From Azolla caroliniana (lineage: Eukaryota; Plantae; Polypodiophyta): DNA of 64,000 nt. Positions 39,641-51,949 of the stretch are shown here, piece by piece; position 1 is the first letter of the stretch, and each line of letters begins with the position of its first letter. The notes under the pieces were generated by a model. That model did no database searches and was not told the DNA's origin. It was given only the letters and a program-made list of their open reading frames with translations. The position numbers and the translations under genes were made by a program. The stretch lies in contig JBHGNT010000022.1 in the NCBI GenBank assembly GCA_043228905.1, positions 7,006,001 to 7,070,000 on the forward strand, given 5' to 3'.

Positions 39641-40384
39641 GCCTCAAATCACCATGAGATAAACTGCAATCAGTGGAAGAAGCAAGAAAATCGTTCTCGA
39701 AGATGTCACTATTGGCTGTTATAAGAGGCCTCAGAACAGTCTCTAATCCTCAACTCAAACCCTAAAACAGAAACCCTAACAAAACAAGAAATCCTCAACC
39801 CAAAACCAGAAACCTGACATGGATGTTTGAGATATGCTCCCTGAACCCTAACAAACCTCTTACATTGGAGGCAAACCAAAAACTTGACATGGATGTCTGA
39901 GATGAAGAGCTCAGAGGGATAGAGGAAGAGGAGTAAGAGGAGTTGGTTTGAGGGGAAGCGCCAAAAATGATGTGAGGGTAAAATAGCCCCCAAAATGGAA
40001 AGAACATCTCCTCACTTGTTCCCCCCACTCTTTGTCTTAAATGACACTTGTACTACACTCATCCCACTCCCCAAAATCGATTTTTTTTCTCAATTATTTA
40101 GTACTAACAGTATTGAAAGGACTGACATTTTTTGTGGCCAAAAATAGTACTTTTCTGGTACACCGTAGCGTGCTTCCACCTAGCATCTGATTGTCTGATT
40201 GTGTGCTCCTTGACACATTAGCGTGGTTCTCTTCGACCATAAGCATTGACTGTAGGTCGAAAAACGACAATGGCTTCTTCCTTGTACAGATAACCATCTA
40301 GATCAGCCCGTACCTCTAAGCTAGACCACTGAGGCAAATCTATACCATCTCGTCCTCATCCACAGTCACGTTGATAGGGCAAGT

Positions 40385-41910
40385 GTCCATCCGGGAAGTC
40401 GTCCTTTGTTTTGTCGCTTGCTTCGCCTGATTCGAGCCAATTTAGGTAGTCTGCCACTACATGTTGTGCTCCTATTCTAAGATAAATGTCGAATTCAAAT
40501 TCTTGGAGTAGCAACATCCATCGGGCCAATTTGCCCGTTAATGACCGTTTCGTCACTAAATATGGCAGAGCCTCATGGTCGACGTGGAAGGTGAATTTCC
40601 GGCCCAATAGGTAATGGCGAATTTTTTTCATGCAATATATCATACCTAGGGCCTCCCATTCCATCGTCGAGTAGTTCCTTTTGGCTATTGAGAGTTTCTG
40701 ACTAGTTGGTGGATACTAGTTCGACTCCTTTACCTACACAAGAGCATTGCCAATTGCTATGTCGAATGCGTCAATGAAGACATGAAATTGCTTCGTCCAA
40801 TCTAGAGGTTGGACAACTGGTACTTGCAACAACATTATTTTTAAGGCTTGATATGCCTCTTCCTCTATTGATGTCCATTGAAACGATGTGCGATGTACCG
40901 ATGCATGCAGTGGTGTCGCAAAATTGGCCAAATATCATATCATTTGACTATGCCACCATATCTGACCTAGGAATCGGTTGAGTGCTTTGGTATTCTTTGG
41001 TGTCGGTGCGTCGATTATGGGCTTAAATTTATTTGGATTGACTGCAATTCCCCATTAGTCACCCCGAATGCACACTTTGCCGGATTCAGGCTCAACATTT
41101 CTCCAGACACAATTGGAGGTGACTGAGATGCTTTGTTTTCTTACTATAGATGGGGAAATCGCCTAAGAATACTTGCATGAACATCGGAATGTAATTGCCG
41201 AATGTCTCCATGATTATTCGTTGGAAGGTTCCTTACGTGGTCTTTAACCCGAACATCATCACCACTGAAACAAATACTCCCCATTTGGTGACAAAGGTTG
41301 TCTTCTCTTGGTCATCCGAATGCATCCAAATTTGATTATAGTCATTGAACTTCTCTAGCACCCTGTCCATAAAAAGGAGCGGGAATGTGTCTATTATTGT
41401 GGCGGCATTCAGCTTCCTGTAGTCGACGCACACCCAAATTTTTCCATTCGTTTTTTGCATGACCACGATGGGGCTCAACAACATGACCTGCTTTACTAGC
41501 CGAAAAAAGCCAATTCTCAATCATTTGTCGATTTCTTCCTTCACTCTAGCCGTGTAATTTGGGTTCATTTAGTACCGCCTCTGATGTACCAGCTTGGAGT
41601 CCTTGCTGACATGTATCTGGTGTTGAGAAAACTTGGGGTCGAGCCCCTTCATATCTTCGTGGGACCATGCTAATACATCCCTATAATCTTGCAATAATGT
41701 GATCAGCACCACTTTGTTGGTTGGGGGATTTACTGGTCGGGGATCATTTGTCGTCCCTAAGTTAACCTCCTCTCGTGTCGACGCCTTCACGTGCTGGGAT
41801 ATATCGATTTCCAATTCTAATGCCTCTCAGGCATGGTGCAATTCTTCCATAGCTTTTGGGCACGGTTCTCATAAATCATCCTTCGTCTCGGTGTCCCTTT
41901 GCTGCTAGGA
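40385..41910 (-). pseudogene. pol: Ty3/gypsy non-chromovirus-type RT/RNase H fragment
   Basis: LSPIVVM.KTNGKIWVCVDYRKLN..DTFPL, FHVFIDA.DIAIG, RHYLLGRKFTFHVDH..LARWMLLLQEFEF. Confidence 0.85.
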
Positions 41911-43962
41911 CTAGTCGATTGTACCATAGAAGTCTAAAGTATTAGTTGTAATCGAAAGTGTTGTTTTGGGTCAAATATAGTGTAACAGGTGTCAATACGT
42001 AAGTCGAAAGACTAAAAATATAGTAGTTGGAAATAGAATAGTCGAAAAGACAGAGTAGGAAGGTAGAACCATTTTTATGTTTCTTGCAGAATGGTAGTTT
42101 TGTAGTTCTTGATGAGTTTGCTTGTCTCACCTATATAAAGGGATACGGGACATTGTAAAAGGATTGATTTGTAAGTATAAAATTTTAGTTTAGAGTACTC
42201 TGAGTTTCTATTTTTATGTTGTTCTGTGTGTTGTACGACTAGAGAGAGGGAGAGAGAGTATTTCTATATGCACAATCGATCATAAATTAAGTGGGGCTAT
42301 GTTTAAAATCACATTTGTGAGTAATTATGATAAAAGAGTGTTTAGAGATAAAAAATATTAGAGAGTCACAAGTAATTAGAATGGAGTTGAAAATAAAGAA
42401 CTGGCACCCATCAAATCCATATCTCCCACCATAATTCCCTTGATAAAGCGACTTAGAGAGTAAGTTGTTCAACCCTTTATGTTTGTCGACCAAGAAGAAG
42501 GTGATAACACAAAATTTTAGCACTCCCGGTTACATCTGTTAGAAATAGAGAACAACAAAGAATGCAAGCCGCCTAGTCAACCTAGTACATAACAACTTGT
42601 AGGAAGTAGATGACCACACATGAGATCGAAAAGCCGACGTGCGGAAGAAGACAATTGAATCGACTAATTTGGAGTTTTTCAAGCGTATTCAGTAGGACGT
42701 TGAAGAGGAATTAAGGGTAATTCTCGATTTACAGAACGATAGTAGTTCGGATGAGGAGATGTCAGACCAACATCTACAATTAATCGACTTAGTAGGAGTT
42801 TCCATGGAGGATACAATGTTGTATCCTTACCTCAAATATAATGATAAAGTAGATGCACATGCACATGTGCGCACTTTCCTCACGACATGGCAAGCTAACC
42901 ATGTCTCACAAAGACTATCAGAATTAGATGTTAATAAATCCAAGATAGCTGAATTTAGATTGTCATTACAAGGGCAATCAATTAATTGGTACTCGCAACA
43001 TGAAGAGAGTGAGTTTGAATCATTTAAACAATTAACCGACAAATTTGTCAAATTATTTCACTGTCAGGTCACAAAAAGGGAACTTATGAGCCAATTTTAT
43101 GTTGCTTATCAAGAAGCTCATGAAATGTTGCCATAGTTTATTATTCGATTTAAAAATCTTCTGAGGCAACTAGCACGACAACTTCCCGAGGATGACTTGA
43201 AAGATACCTTTTTAACAACTCTCTGAGAACCACTTCAGACAACTTTAATTATTTTGGATTTCAAGGATGAGTCATTAGAGCAAATGATTGATAAGGCACT
43301 CTTCATGGATAGAGCACAAACAAGTAATAGTATGTCGATGGCGTCCTTACAAAGATCATTACCAAATCAGGAAGAATTGTTGTTCTGACAAATTAGCAAT
43401 TCAATGCACGACTTGCTTGAATCTTGGGCATCCCATAGTAGAATGCATACTACACACACATTGCCCAATTTTCCATTCCAAGGCACACACAATCGACAGT
43501 GTGAATATAATCTCTTAAACAAGGTCACAACTCTAGTAAGGAAAATAGAGCCACATGACGACTGAACAAGTGACAGGATCTAGCACACAAATCATTTCTG
43601 GGAAGACGATAGACCAAGTTACGAGGATCGGTTTCGATCAGATCAAAATCGACGAGATGATTACAGAAGGGACAAGCACCAAGATGATTATAGAAGGAAC
43701 GAAGATCACCAAGAGGATTACAGAAGGGACAACCGTCATCAATATGGATGAGATTATTCACCTCGTTATGATTGAAACAACCAGCGTTCATATAATAACA
43801 GAGGATCAAGACACTAGGATGATGGACGGTATTATGACCCACGAAGGAATGAAGAAAATCGGCAAACTAATCGCCAATTCCCAGCAAATGATGAAAGGCA
43901 GGATGACAATAGACGACCCAAGTTGTCACGATAGTTTCAGTATAACCTTCAGGTCTAGGAAG

Positions 43963-46900
43963 TATTAGAATATAAGTTAAATAATATTATTAATAATAAA
44001 TATAATATAACTGCCCTCCCGGTGATAACACCAAGAAAGGTTTCTAACTGCCTTATATTGCTATAAATAGGTCTCTAGGACCTATAGTTGTAATAGGACG
44101 ATTTCAATACAGATTTACTTTACTTTACTTTCTCCCTCTCTCTCTCTCTCTGTCTCTCTCTCTCTTGCCTCTTCTCTTTTCATCTCTTCTCAACATGGTA
44201 TTAGAGCGTTAGGCTCTCTCCAACCACCGTCCTCTTTCCTTTCTTTCTTCACAGCCAGTGCTCTTGCCACCACCGTCCTCTTCCCTTTCTTCCTTCACAG
44301 CCAGTGCTCTTACCATTAGTTGATCCGGACAACTATGGCACAACATGCACATGGCACACCTAATTCGTCCATATCGACACCCAGCCCATCAACCCCAATA
44401 TCGGGTTTTTCAACAACGCAAGGCACCACTCCGCTCGTCCCAACCACTACGAGAAGTTACAACCTCGACAAACTCACGGGCCCCAACTACCTTACATGGG
44501 CCACACGGATGACATTGATGCTCAAACGAGCGGACTTGTGGAACGTGGTAAGTGGCACAACCCAACCCACCGAAACCAATTACACCGAGTGGACGGCAAA
44601 AGATCTCCAAGCCCAAACCGAACTCATGTTCCACCTTGGAGACCCGCAAGTGCAAATGGTCCGACGTTGCGACACCTCAGCGGAAATTTGGAAAGTACTC
44701 CGAAGCACTTATCATCATGAAGATTTGATCACCCAAGTCGCATCACTCAAAAAGCTCCTAATTTCCTCCGTCACAGAAAACCAAGAAATCACCAAATTTC
44801 TTGATGAATGGCGCATCTTACTCGACAATGCCCTCCTCTCGGGACTACAATTAGATTCAAATCTACAAGCAATGTTACTCCTAGCAGCATTGCCCTCCTC
44901 TTGGCAACCATTTATAACCACTCAAGCATCAATGACGGGCCTCACCGTCGAATCTCTTATGGCACGCATCCGCCAAGAAGAGATCATGCGAAATGGCGCT
45001 CATCACTCAAATGCAACATTTTCAAGACCGTCGACACAATATGTGCAAAGACAACCTAACTTCAAAAGGGGACCTCCCTTTCGAAGGAACAACAACAACA
45101 TGCGACCCGCCACCGCTTCAACAAAAGTTTGCACATATTGTGGACGCCATGGACATCTTGAACGTGACTGCCGCACCAAGCGTCGTGAACAACTGAACCA
45201 ATCACAACAACAACGTCAACAGCCACATGGACGACATCCTAGAGCACACCTCCAACAACTAAATGTGCCCGAAGTTGGCCAATATGGTATGGAATCATTA
45301 CAACTATTTACATCATTACTAAATAGTTCCAATTGTCTTTCCCACACCACAGATATATCCGAATGGCTACTCGACACTGGTGCAACTCACCACATGACGC
45401 CACAAAAGCATTGGCTCCGCGACTACAAACACCTCTCAAGTACCATGCGGGTTTACCTCGGGAACAACCAATTCCTCACTGCCATCGGTGTCGGGAACCT
45501 TCACATCACCCTACCAAGTGGAGTAAACGTCAACATCTACAATGTATATCACATTCCGGGTCTTAGCCGAAATATACTTTCGGTTACAACGGCTACCTCA
45601 ACTGGATCTTCCATTGAGTTCTTCCATGACTCATGTATTATTCACTTCAAGCTCCCTAATGGACAATTTGAAATTATAAAAATACCTCAGAAGGACCGTT
45701 TGTATCCATTAGCTATATCTATGTCTAATCCTCACTCTGTAATTGGTCACACCTCTATCCATTCTCTTCACATGGCTAAAGCCGTGTCCACCCTTATGTG
45801 GCATTATAGGTTCGGTCACATAAATAGTGTCACACTACATCGCATGGTGAAAGATAAGCTTTGTGTTGGCTTACCACTCTATCTAAACCCAATAGAATTG
45901 TGTGAAGGTTGCATCTTAGGAAAATCTAGCCACAAAAGTCACCAAACATCACTCAACAAATCCACACAATTGAACCAACTAGTACATAGTGACCTTTGTG
46001 GACCCATGGAATCAAGCTCACTCACGGGCTCCCATTATTTTCTCACTTTCATTGATGATTTTAGCAGGTATACAACCATATACTTCCTCAAGAAAAAGTC
46101 TGAAGTGCTCACACACTTCAAAGAGCATTGCAACCTCGTAGTCCGTCAACATGATCTTCCAATCCAAGCACTTCGCTCCGACAATGGCGGAGAATATGGC
46201 TCAAATGCATTTGAGGCATTTTGTAAAGATGGGGGCATCCAACAACAATTTACCGTTCCATACACGCCACAACAAAATGGTGTGTCCGAACGGAAGAATC
46301 GAACCCTTGTTGGCGCTGCTAGAGCCATGCTCCTTACGGCAGGACTACCAAAAACCTATTGGGAAGAGGCGGTCGCGACAGCATGCTATGTCCAAAATCG
46401 GGTTCCGCATGCAAACGACCCCAAAACTACACCATTTTTTCACTGGTTTGGCAAGCCACCCAATGTTCAACATCTTCGAATCTTTGGATGTGTAGCATAC
46501 CCGGTGAAAGCTTTGGACTTGAGAAAGAAGTTGGATCCAACAAGCACGCGAATGATCTTCGTGGGCTATGGTGACCGATTTGGCGTCAAAGCATACAAAT
46601 TGTATGATCCGGAGCAACGAAAATTTCACCTCGCACACTCAGTATACTTCAATGAAACCTCTCTCCTTAGCCCCCAACAAGAAATCCACAACCCCATAAC
46701 ACCATTAACCCTACCATCCACCACACCAACCATTCCACTCTCTACCCAAAATAGACACACTCAAGTTCAATGGGAAGAAGTCTCACAACTCGCCCCACTC
46801 CCACCACAAACTCTCACTCCAATTGTCCCAACAACCACAATACCACCAACGTTACATGCCCCCCCCACACCTACAACACCAAAAACCCCTCCTTGGTCCC

Positions 46901-49083
46901 TCGGACAGAAAACCAAATCCCTCCTATTCCCTATGCCTACAAATTCATCATTCCCAGGTAGTGAACCCCTCCACTCACAAACAACCAAACCCTAGTAGAC
47001 CACTACATACAATTATACCAATAGAATCTACCTATCAACCTTCTATCCTAGGACCAATCCCCAAGGCTTGTGCTCCCAAACCTTCGAAAGTCCGATCTTT
47101 GAAGGAGATCTACGAACAAACAAACCTCACTTCTAGTATATTAGAAAAGCATCCATCACTAGACTCCACTATATTTGATCCCTTAGATATATTATATCAA
47201 CAAATGATCCAAGATCCATCCACCGATCGTGATCTTCAATTACTAAATCTTGAATCTTTTGATGATGTCAATATACAGGAAGCACTCTCAGGAACTGAAG
47301 CCACCTCATGGCGTGAAGCCATGGCCTCGGAGTACCAATCTCTCATGGAGAATGGTACATGGCAACTAGTACCACAACCGCCGGATCGAAAATTGGTATC
47401 ATGCAAATGGCTACTCCGAAAGAAGTTTAATGCGGATGGCTCGATCTCGCGCTACAAAGCTCGACTTGTAGCGCGAGGATTTTCACAATTACCCGGTATG
47501 GACTACAACGAGACTTTTTCTCCCGTCCTCCGGATGACCTCATTCCGAGCATTACTCGCCACTGCCGCACAACTTCATCTCCTCATCCATCAAATGGATG
47601 TTCGAACAGCATTTCTACATGGAAACCTACATGAAGAGATCTACATGGAGCAACCACCCGGTTATATATCTCAAGATTACCCAAACTATGTATGTAAATT
47701 AAACAAATCACTATACAGCCTAAAACAATCCCCACGACAATGGTATGAAAGATTTAGCTCATGTATGTCAAACCTAGGATATGTTCGTTTTCAATCCGAC
47801 CCTAACGTATATAGCCGAAATGGCCCTAATGTAATACTCCTCCTAGCCATTTATGTAGATGATATCCTCATCCTATCCAACTCTGAAAACACACTATGTA
47901 AAGCAAAGAGTGAACTCCATGCATCATTCTCGATGCAAGATATGGGAGCCCTCCATTATTGCCTAAGTATCCAAGTTATTCAAGATCCCTCCCAAGGCAT
48001 CATCCAAATAAACCAAAAATCCTACATTGAGTCACTCCTTAAGAAGTACAACATGTCCAAATGTAAAGGTATCGCAACTCCCCTACCAATCTCCCTTAAA
48101 ACAAAAACATCAACCTCATCAATGACTCAAACATCGGATATGGTGGTGTTTCCATATGCCAACATCCTTGGTGGAATTAGATACCTCGTCACATGTACAA
48201 GACCCGACATATGCTTTGCGGCTAACTTCTTATCTCGTTACATGCAGGCACCAAGTCCAATTCACACCCAACACTTGAAGCGCCTGTTAAGGTACCTTCA
48301 AGAAACTAAGGACTTCGGCATCACCTACTCGGCATGTCAACCATTACCGACACCATACCTAACTTGCTACTCGGATGCCGATTGGGGGGGTGATGAAGAC
48401 ATATTACAATCGACATCAGGCTACATCTACCTCCTATCAAATGGTGCCATTTCATGGCAGAGCAAAAGGCAACAAAGAGTCACACTCTCATCAATGGAAG
48501 CAGAATATGTAGCAATGACATTGACACTTAAAGAAGGAATTTGGCTAAAAGACTTCTTGAAGGAAACAACTCTATTCCCCGATCATCCACTTCTCCTTCA
48601 ATGTGATAACATGTCAGCCATCATGCTCGCAAAAAATCTCAAACATTCCGAGCTAACAAAGCACATTGCCATGAAGCTACAATTTACAAGGGAACTACTA
48701 CATGAAGGCAATATTCAAATAAGTCATGTGCGCACCGAACAACAATGGGCAGACTTCTTAACGAAGTCCACACAAAAATCAAAACATTACGAAAGTTGTA
48801 ATAAACTAGGATTAAAAGCTACTTAGTTAATATTATCTAACTTAGGGGGGTGTATTAGAATATAAGTTAAATAATATTATTATTAATAAATATAATATAA
48901 CTGCCCTCCCGGTGATAATACCAAGAAAGGTTTCTAACTGCCTTATATGGCTATAAATAGGTCTCTAGGACCTATAGTTGTAATAGGACGATTTCAATAC
49001 AGATTTACTTTACTTTACTTTCTCCCTCTCTCTCTCTCTGTCTCTCTCTCTCTTGCCTCTTCTCTTTTCATCTCTTCTCAACA
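43963..49083 (+). mobile_element. Young full-length Ty1/copia element with TA..CA LTR termini
   Basis: LTRs 43963-44195 and 48853-49083; TSD GGAAG 43958-43962/49084-49088; PBS TGGTATTAGAGC 44196-44207; PPT AGGGGGG 48844-48850. Confidence 0.95.
44335..48826 (+). CDS. gag-pol: Copia polyprotein with one frameshift in the Pro/Thr-rich INT-RT linker
   Basis: Overlapping ORFs 44320-46995 and 46823-48826: CTYCGRHGHLERDC, WLLDTGAT, LVHSDLCGP, RSDNGGEY, YVDDIL, YSDADWGG. Confidence 0.92.
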
Positions 49084-50145
49084 GGAAGAACCAAAGCCAC
49101 AGGATTTTCAACAGTCACAACCTCAATTTGAAAAAGGAGAATCCAGTGGGCTGACTGACCCTATCTGCTATATATGCCAAAAAGACAGTCATTATGCAAA
49201 TCAATGTCCATTGAAGGAAAAAGGGAAAGCTCCAACGATGAATATGGTGACCGCAGAAGTACGACAAGTTATGACTCGGGGTAAAACCAAGCAATTAGAA
49301 TGGGAAATGCAAGAAGCAATTCGGAAGGCTGCTAAAGAATGGGTGGAAAAAGCTAATAATAATAATAATGTCGATAGAATGCTTCAAGAAAGTTAGGAAA
49401 CAACTAACAAAACGATAAAATGGGGAAATCAGACCAGATGTAACAATGCAAATACCGACAAATGAGACAACATGGAAAGTCTTGGCAAATTGTAAAATTA
49501 CGTTACCATTGGTGGGATTACTAGAATTGGTTCCCAGGTTTACGGAAGCAGTTGCAACCATAATCACAAAGAAATAATCGGAACAAGTTGTCGTCAATTT
49601 TACTAATCCGATTCAGGGAACGACGATCATGGATGAGCAGAGTCATTCAGTAAAAGTAATCATATGAGGACAAGAGGTCTCGAATAGCATCATTGACGGT
49701 GGGTCAGGAGTCAACGTTATAAGCAAAATGACTTGTGATCATCTAGGAATTACTTATTGGGAAGTATGCCCATTTTGGCTGAGAATGGCCGATACAAGTT
49801 CAATCCGACCATTAGGGTTAATTCAATAATTAGAGCTATCAATTGGCGGACACTTATTCCAAATCTCAGCAGTAGTGCTGAAATTAGATGCACATGGTGC
49901 TTACTCATTATTACTTGGCCGACCATGGCTCAAGACTGCTAACATCAAGCAAAATTGGTAGAAAATTGTTATTAAACCTTTCGTAGAGGCAAGACAAAGG
50001 TGCGAGTACCAACAGAAGACAAAATCGTCACAAAGAAGGAAATAGTACCCTTGTATGCAGAGTCGATTAATATGATGGAGGGTTTGGAAGATAGTGAAAT
50101 CGAACAATATCTGGATGAGAATCCCATTGAAATTATTCCCTTGTT

Positions 50146-50245
50146 TGAAATCGCTCCCTACGTCAATAAGGCAGACTTTGGGTCAGATGACCTTGAGATA
50201 ATCGCTCCCTATGTCAATAAGGCAGACTTTGGGTCAGATGACCAA
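50146..50245 (+). repeat. In-frame tandem duplication in the gypsy PR-RT linker
   Basis: IAPYVNKADFGSDD is encoded twice. Confidence 0.85.
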
Positions 50246-51949
50246 CATCAACCAGATCCCAAAACATTAATCAAGTTAAGGAAACAACAAGAAGCAATGG
50301 AAAGGGAGATGCAAATATCTCAGCGGGTGAAACCTTCATCCCTGGAAGAACTAAATTTGGCAGACAATGACAATGAGTAGAAGACAATCTTAATATCAAA
50401 AGATATGTAGTCTAGCAACGAAGAGGAACTCGAAAAATTATTATGAAAATATAAAGATTTGCGTGGTCATTCGAAGATATCAAATGTCTTGAACCGGCTT
50501 TTTTTCAACATCAAATTCATTTGCACAAAGATGCTAAACCAGTGCAATAGTGTAGGTATAGAATGAATCCCAATTACACAATATGCGTAAAAGAAGAAAT
50601 CGACAAAATATTAAAGGTCAGATTCATTTGACCAGTGAAGAAAGCCACATGGCTAAGCCCAATAGTTGTAGTATCTAAGAAGAATGGGAAGATCAAGGTC
50701 TATGTCGACTATCAGAAGGTTAATTCGGAAACTGTTATAGATGCTTTTCCCTTACCCTTTATGGATGGAGTTCTTGATGTTGTAGCAAGACATGAAATCT
50801 ATAGTTTTCTGGACGTTTAGTGGCTACAATCAGATTCGAATGTAACCAGATGACCAAGAAAAGATGACATTCATTATAGAATGGGGTATGTTTGTAGCAG
50901 TTGTCATGATGTTCGGCTTCAAGATGGCACCAACAACGTTTCAGAATATTATAGCCGAAACCTTTTTAGATTATGTAGCTATTCCTTGATGATTTAGCCA
51001 TTTATAGCAAACGAATCGACCACCTGGAGAATTTACAACTCTATTTGGAGAAGTGTCGAACGGCTCATTTGAGTCTTAATCCTGCTAAGTGTGTCTTTGG
51101 CGTGACGAGTGGAACGTTGCTCAGAGACATAGTCGGTCGGGATGGTATTGTTGTCGGCCCCGACAAGGTCAAGGTAGTCATGGAGGCACCACCTCCAACA
51201 AATGCAAAGGCATTAAGTAGATTTTTGGGGACGATACAATGGCACAATCGAATGATCCGTTACCTAGGAGATGTCATTACGCCACCACATGTTGACGTTC
51301 ATCTAACACCCTTTTTATGGTTAGCAACAGAAGAAGAAGCTTACAATTCTTTGAAACAGATGCTATCACGAGTTCCAGTAGTCCAAGCGCTAGATTGGAC
51401 GAACGATTTCCATGTCTTTGTCGACGCATCAGACATAGCGATTGGCAGTGCATTAATGCAACTAACAGAACCCAATTGATACTGACCGACCTATTATGCA
51501 AGTTTGAAGTTGTCGACCGCCGAAAAAAATTTGACACTATCTTCTTGTAACACGTTCGTGTTCAGAAGTGGAAGGATCACACACAATTGGAAGGATAAGG
51601 AATATTCCATTTTATTTCAGGGTTTTAATAACCGTCTCACAAAACATGTGATACCTATAGCACATGTGCTCAAATATTCAATGGAAAAGCTTAAAATCTC
51701 ACCATTTCATAAAATTGAAAATTCACAAAATTAGGCAAAATTCACAAAGCTACGCCATGTTTTTTACCGTAAAATTAACAACTAATGCTTTTGATAATAA
51801 ACAATATTCACAAGGAGAGATTGATTTTAAAACAATTAAGATTTATATCATTCGAGTTCTTACAAGCTTAATATATTGTTACTACCGTTCATGCCAAAAA
51901 TACAATCAAGAGTTATTCCTCTCATAAGAATCACTGCTATAGAGCCTAG

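Larger units (their letters stand above)
29193..40181 (-). mobile_element. Sola2-like DDD cut-and-paste DNA transposon, ~11 kb, both ends present
   Basis: Imperfect TIRs GGGTCGAAGCATGCTACGGTGTACCA / TGGTACACCGTAGCGTGCTTCCACCT; 4-bp TSD AGCA 29189-29192/40182-40185; excision restores the host copia gag (NQMLYTE). Superfamily call rests on recalled motifs. Confidence 0.85.
2720..40384 (-). mobile_element. Degraded Ty1/copia element hosting most nested insertions; 5' end lost
   Basis: PPT (CTCCCCCTC on +, 3095-3103) next to a 3' LTR ending at 3094 (left edge approximate); RT/RNase H ~3330-4870; integrase/protease 26612-28250; gag 29089-29192 and 40186-40384, contiguous once inserts are removed. 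Confidence 0.8.
41920..51530 (+). mobile_element. Degraded Ty3/gypsy non-chromovirus-type element (putative LTR, gag, PR, RT, RNase H), interrupted by a copia and 3'-truncated
   Basis: Putative LTR ~41920-42510 with TATA at ~42132 (edges uncertain); gag 42759-43500; Zn knuckle CYICQKDSHYANQC; protease IIDGGSGVN ~49690; RT/RH fragments 50635-51479. Confidence 0.75.

Noticed and set aside
43555-43968. 137-aa Ile/Thr/Met-rich ORF
   Set aside because: Alternative frame of the Arg/Asp/Tyr-rich low-complexity gypsy gag tail.
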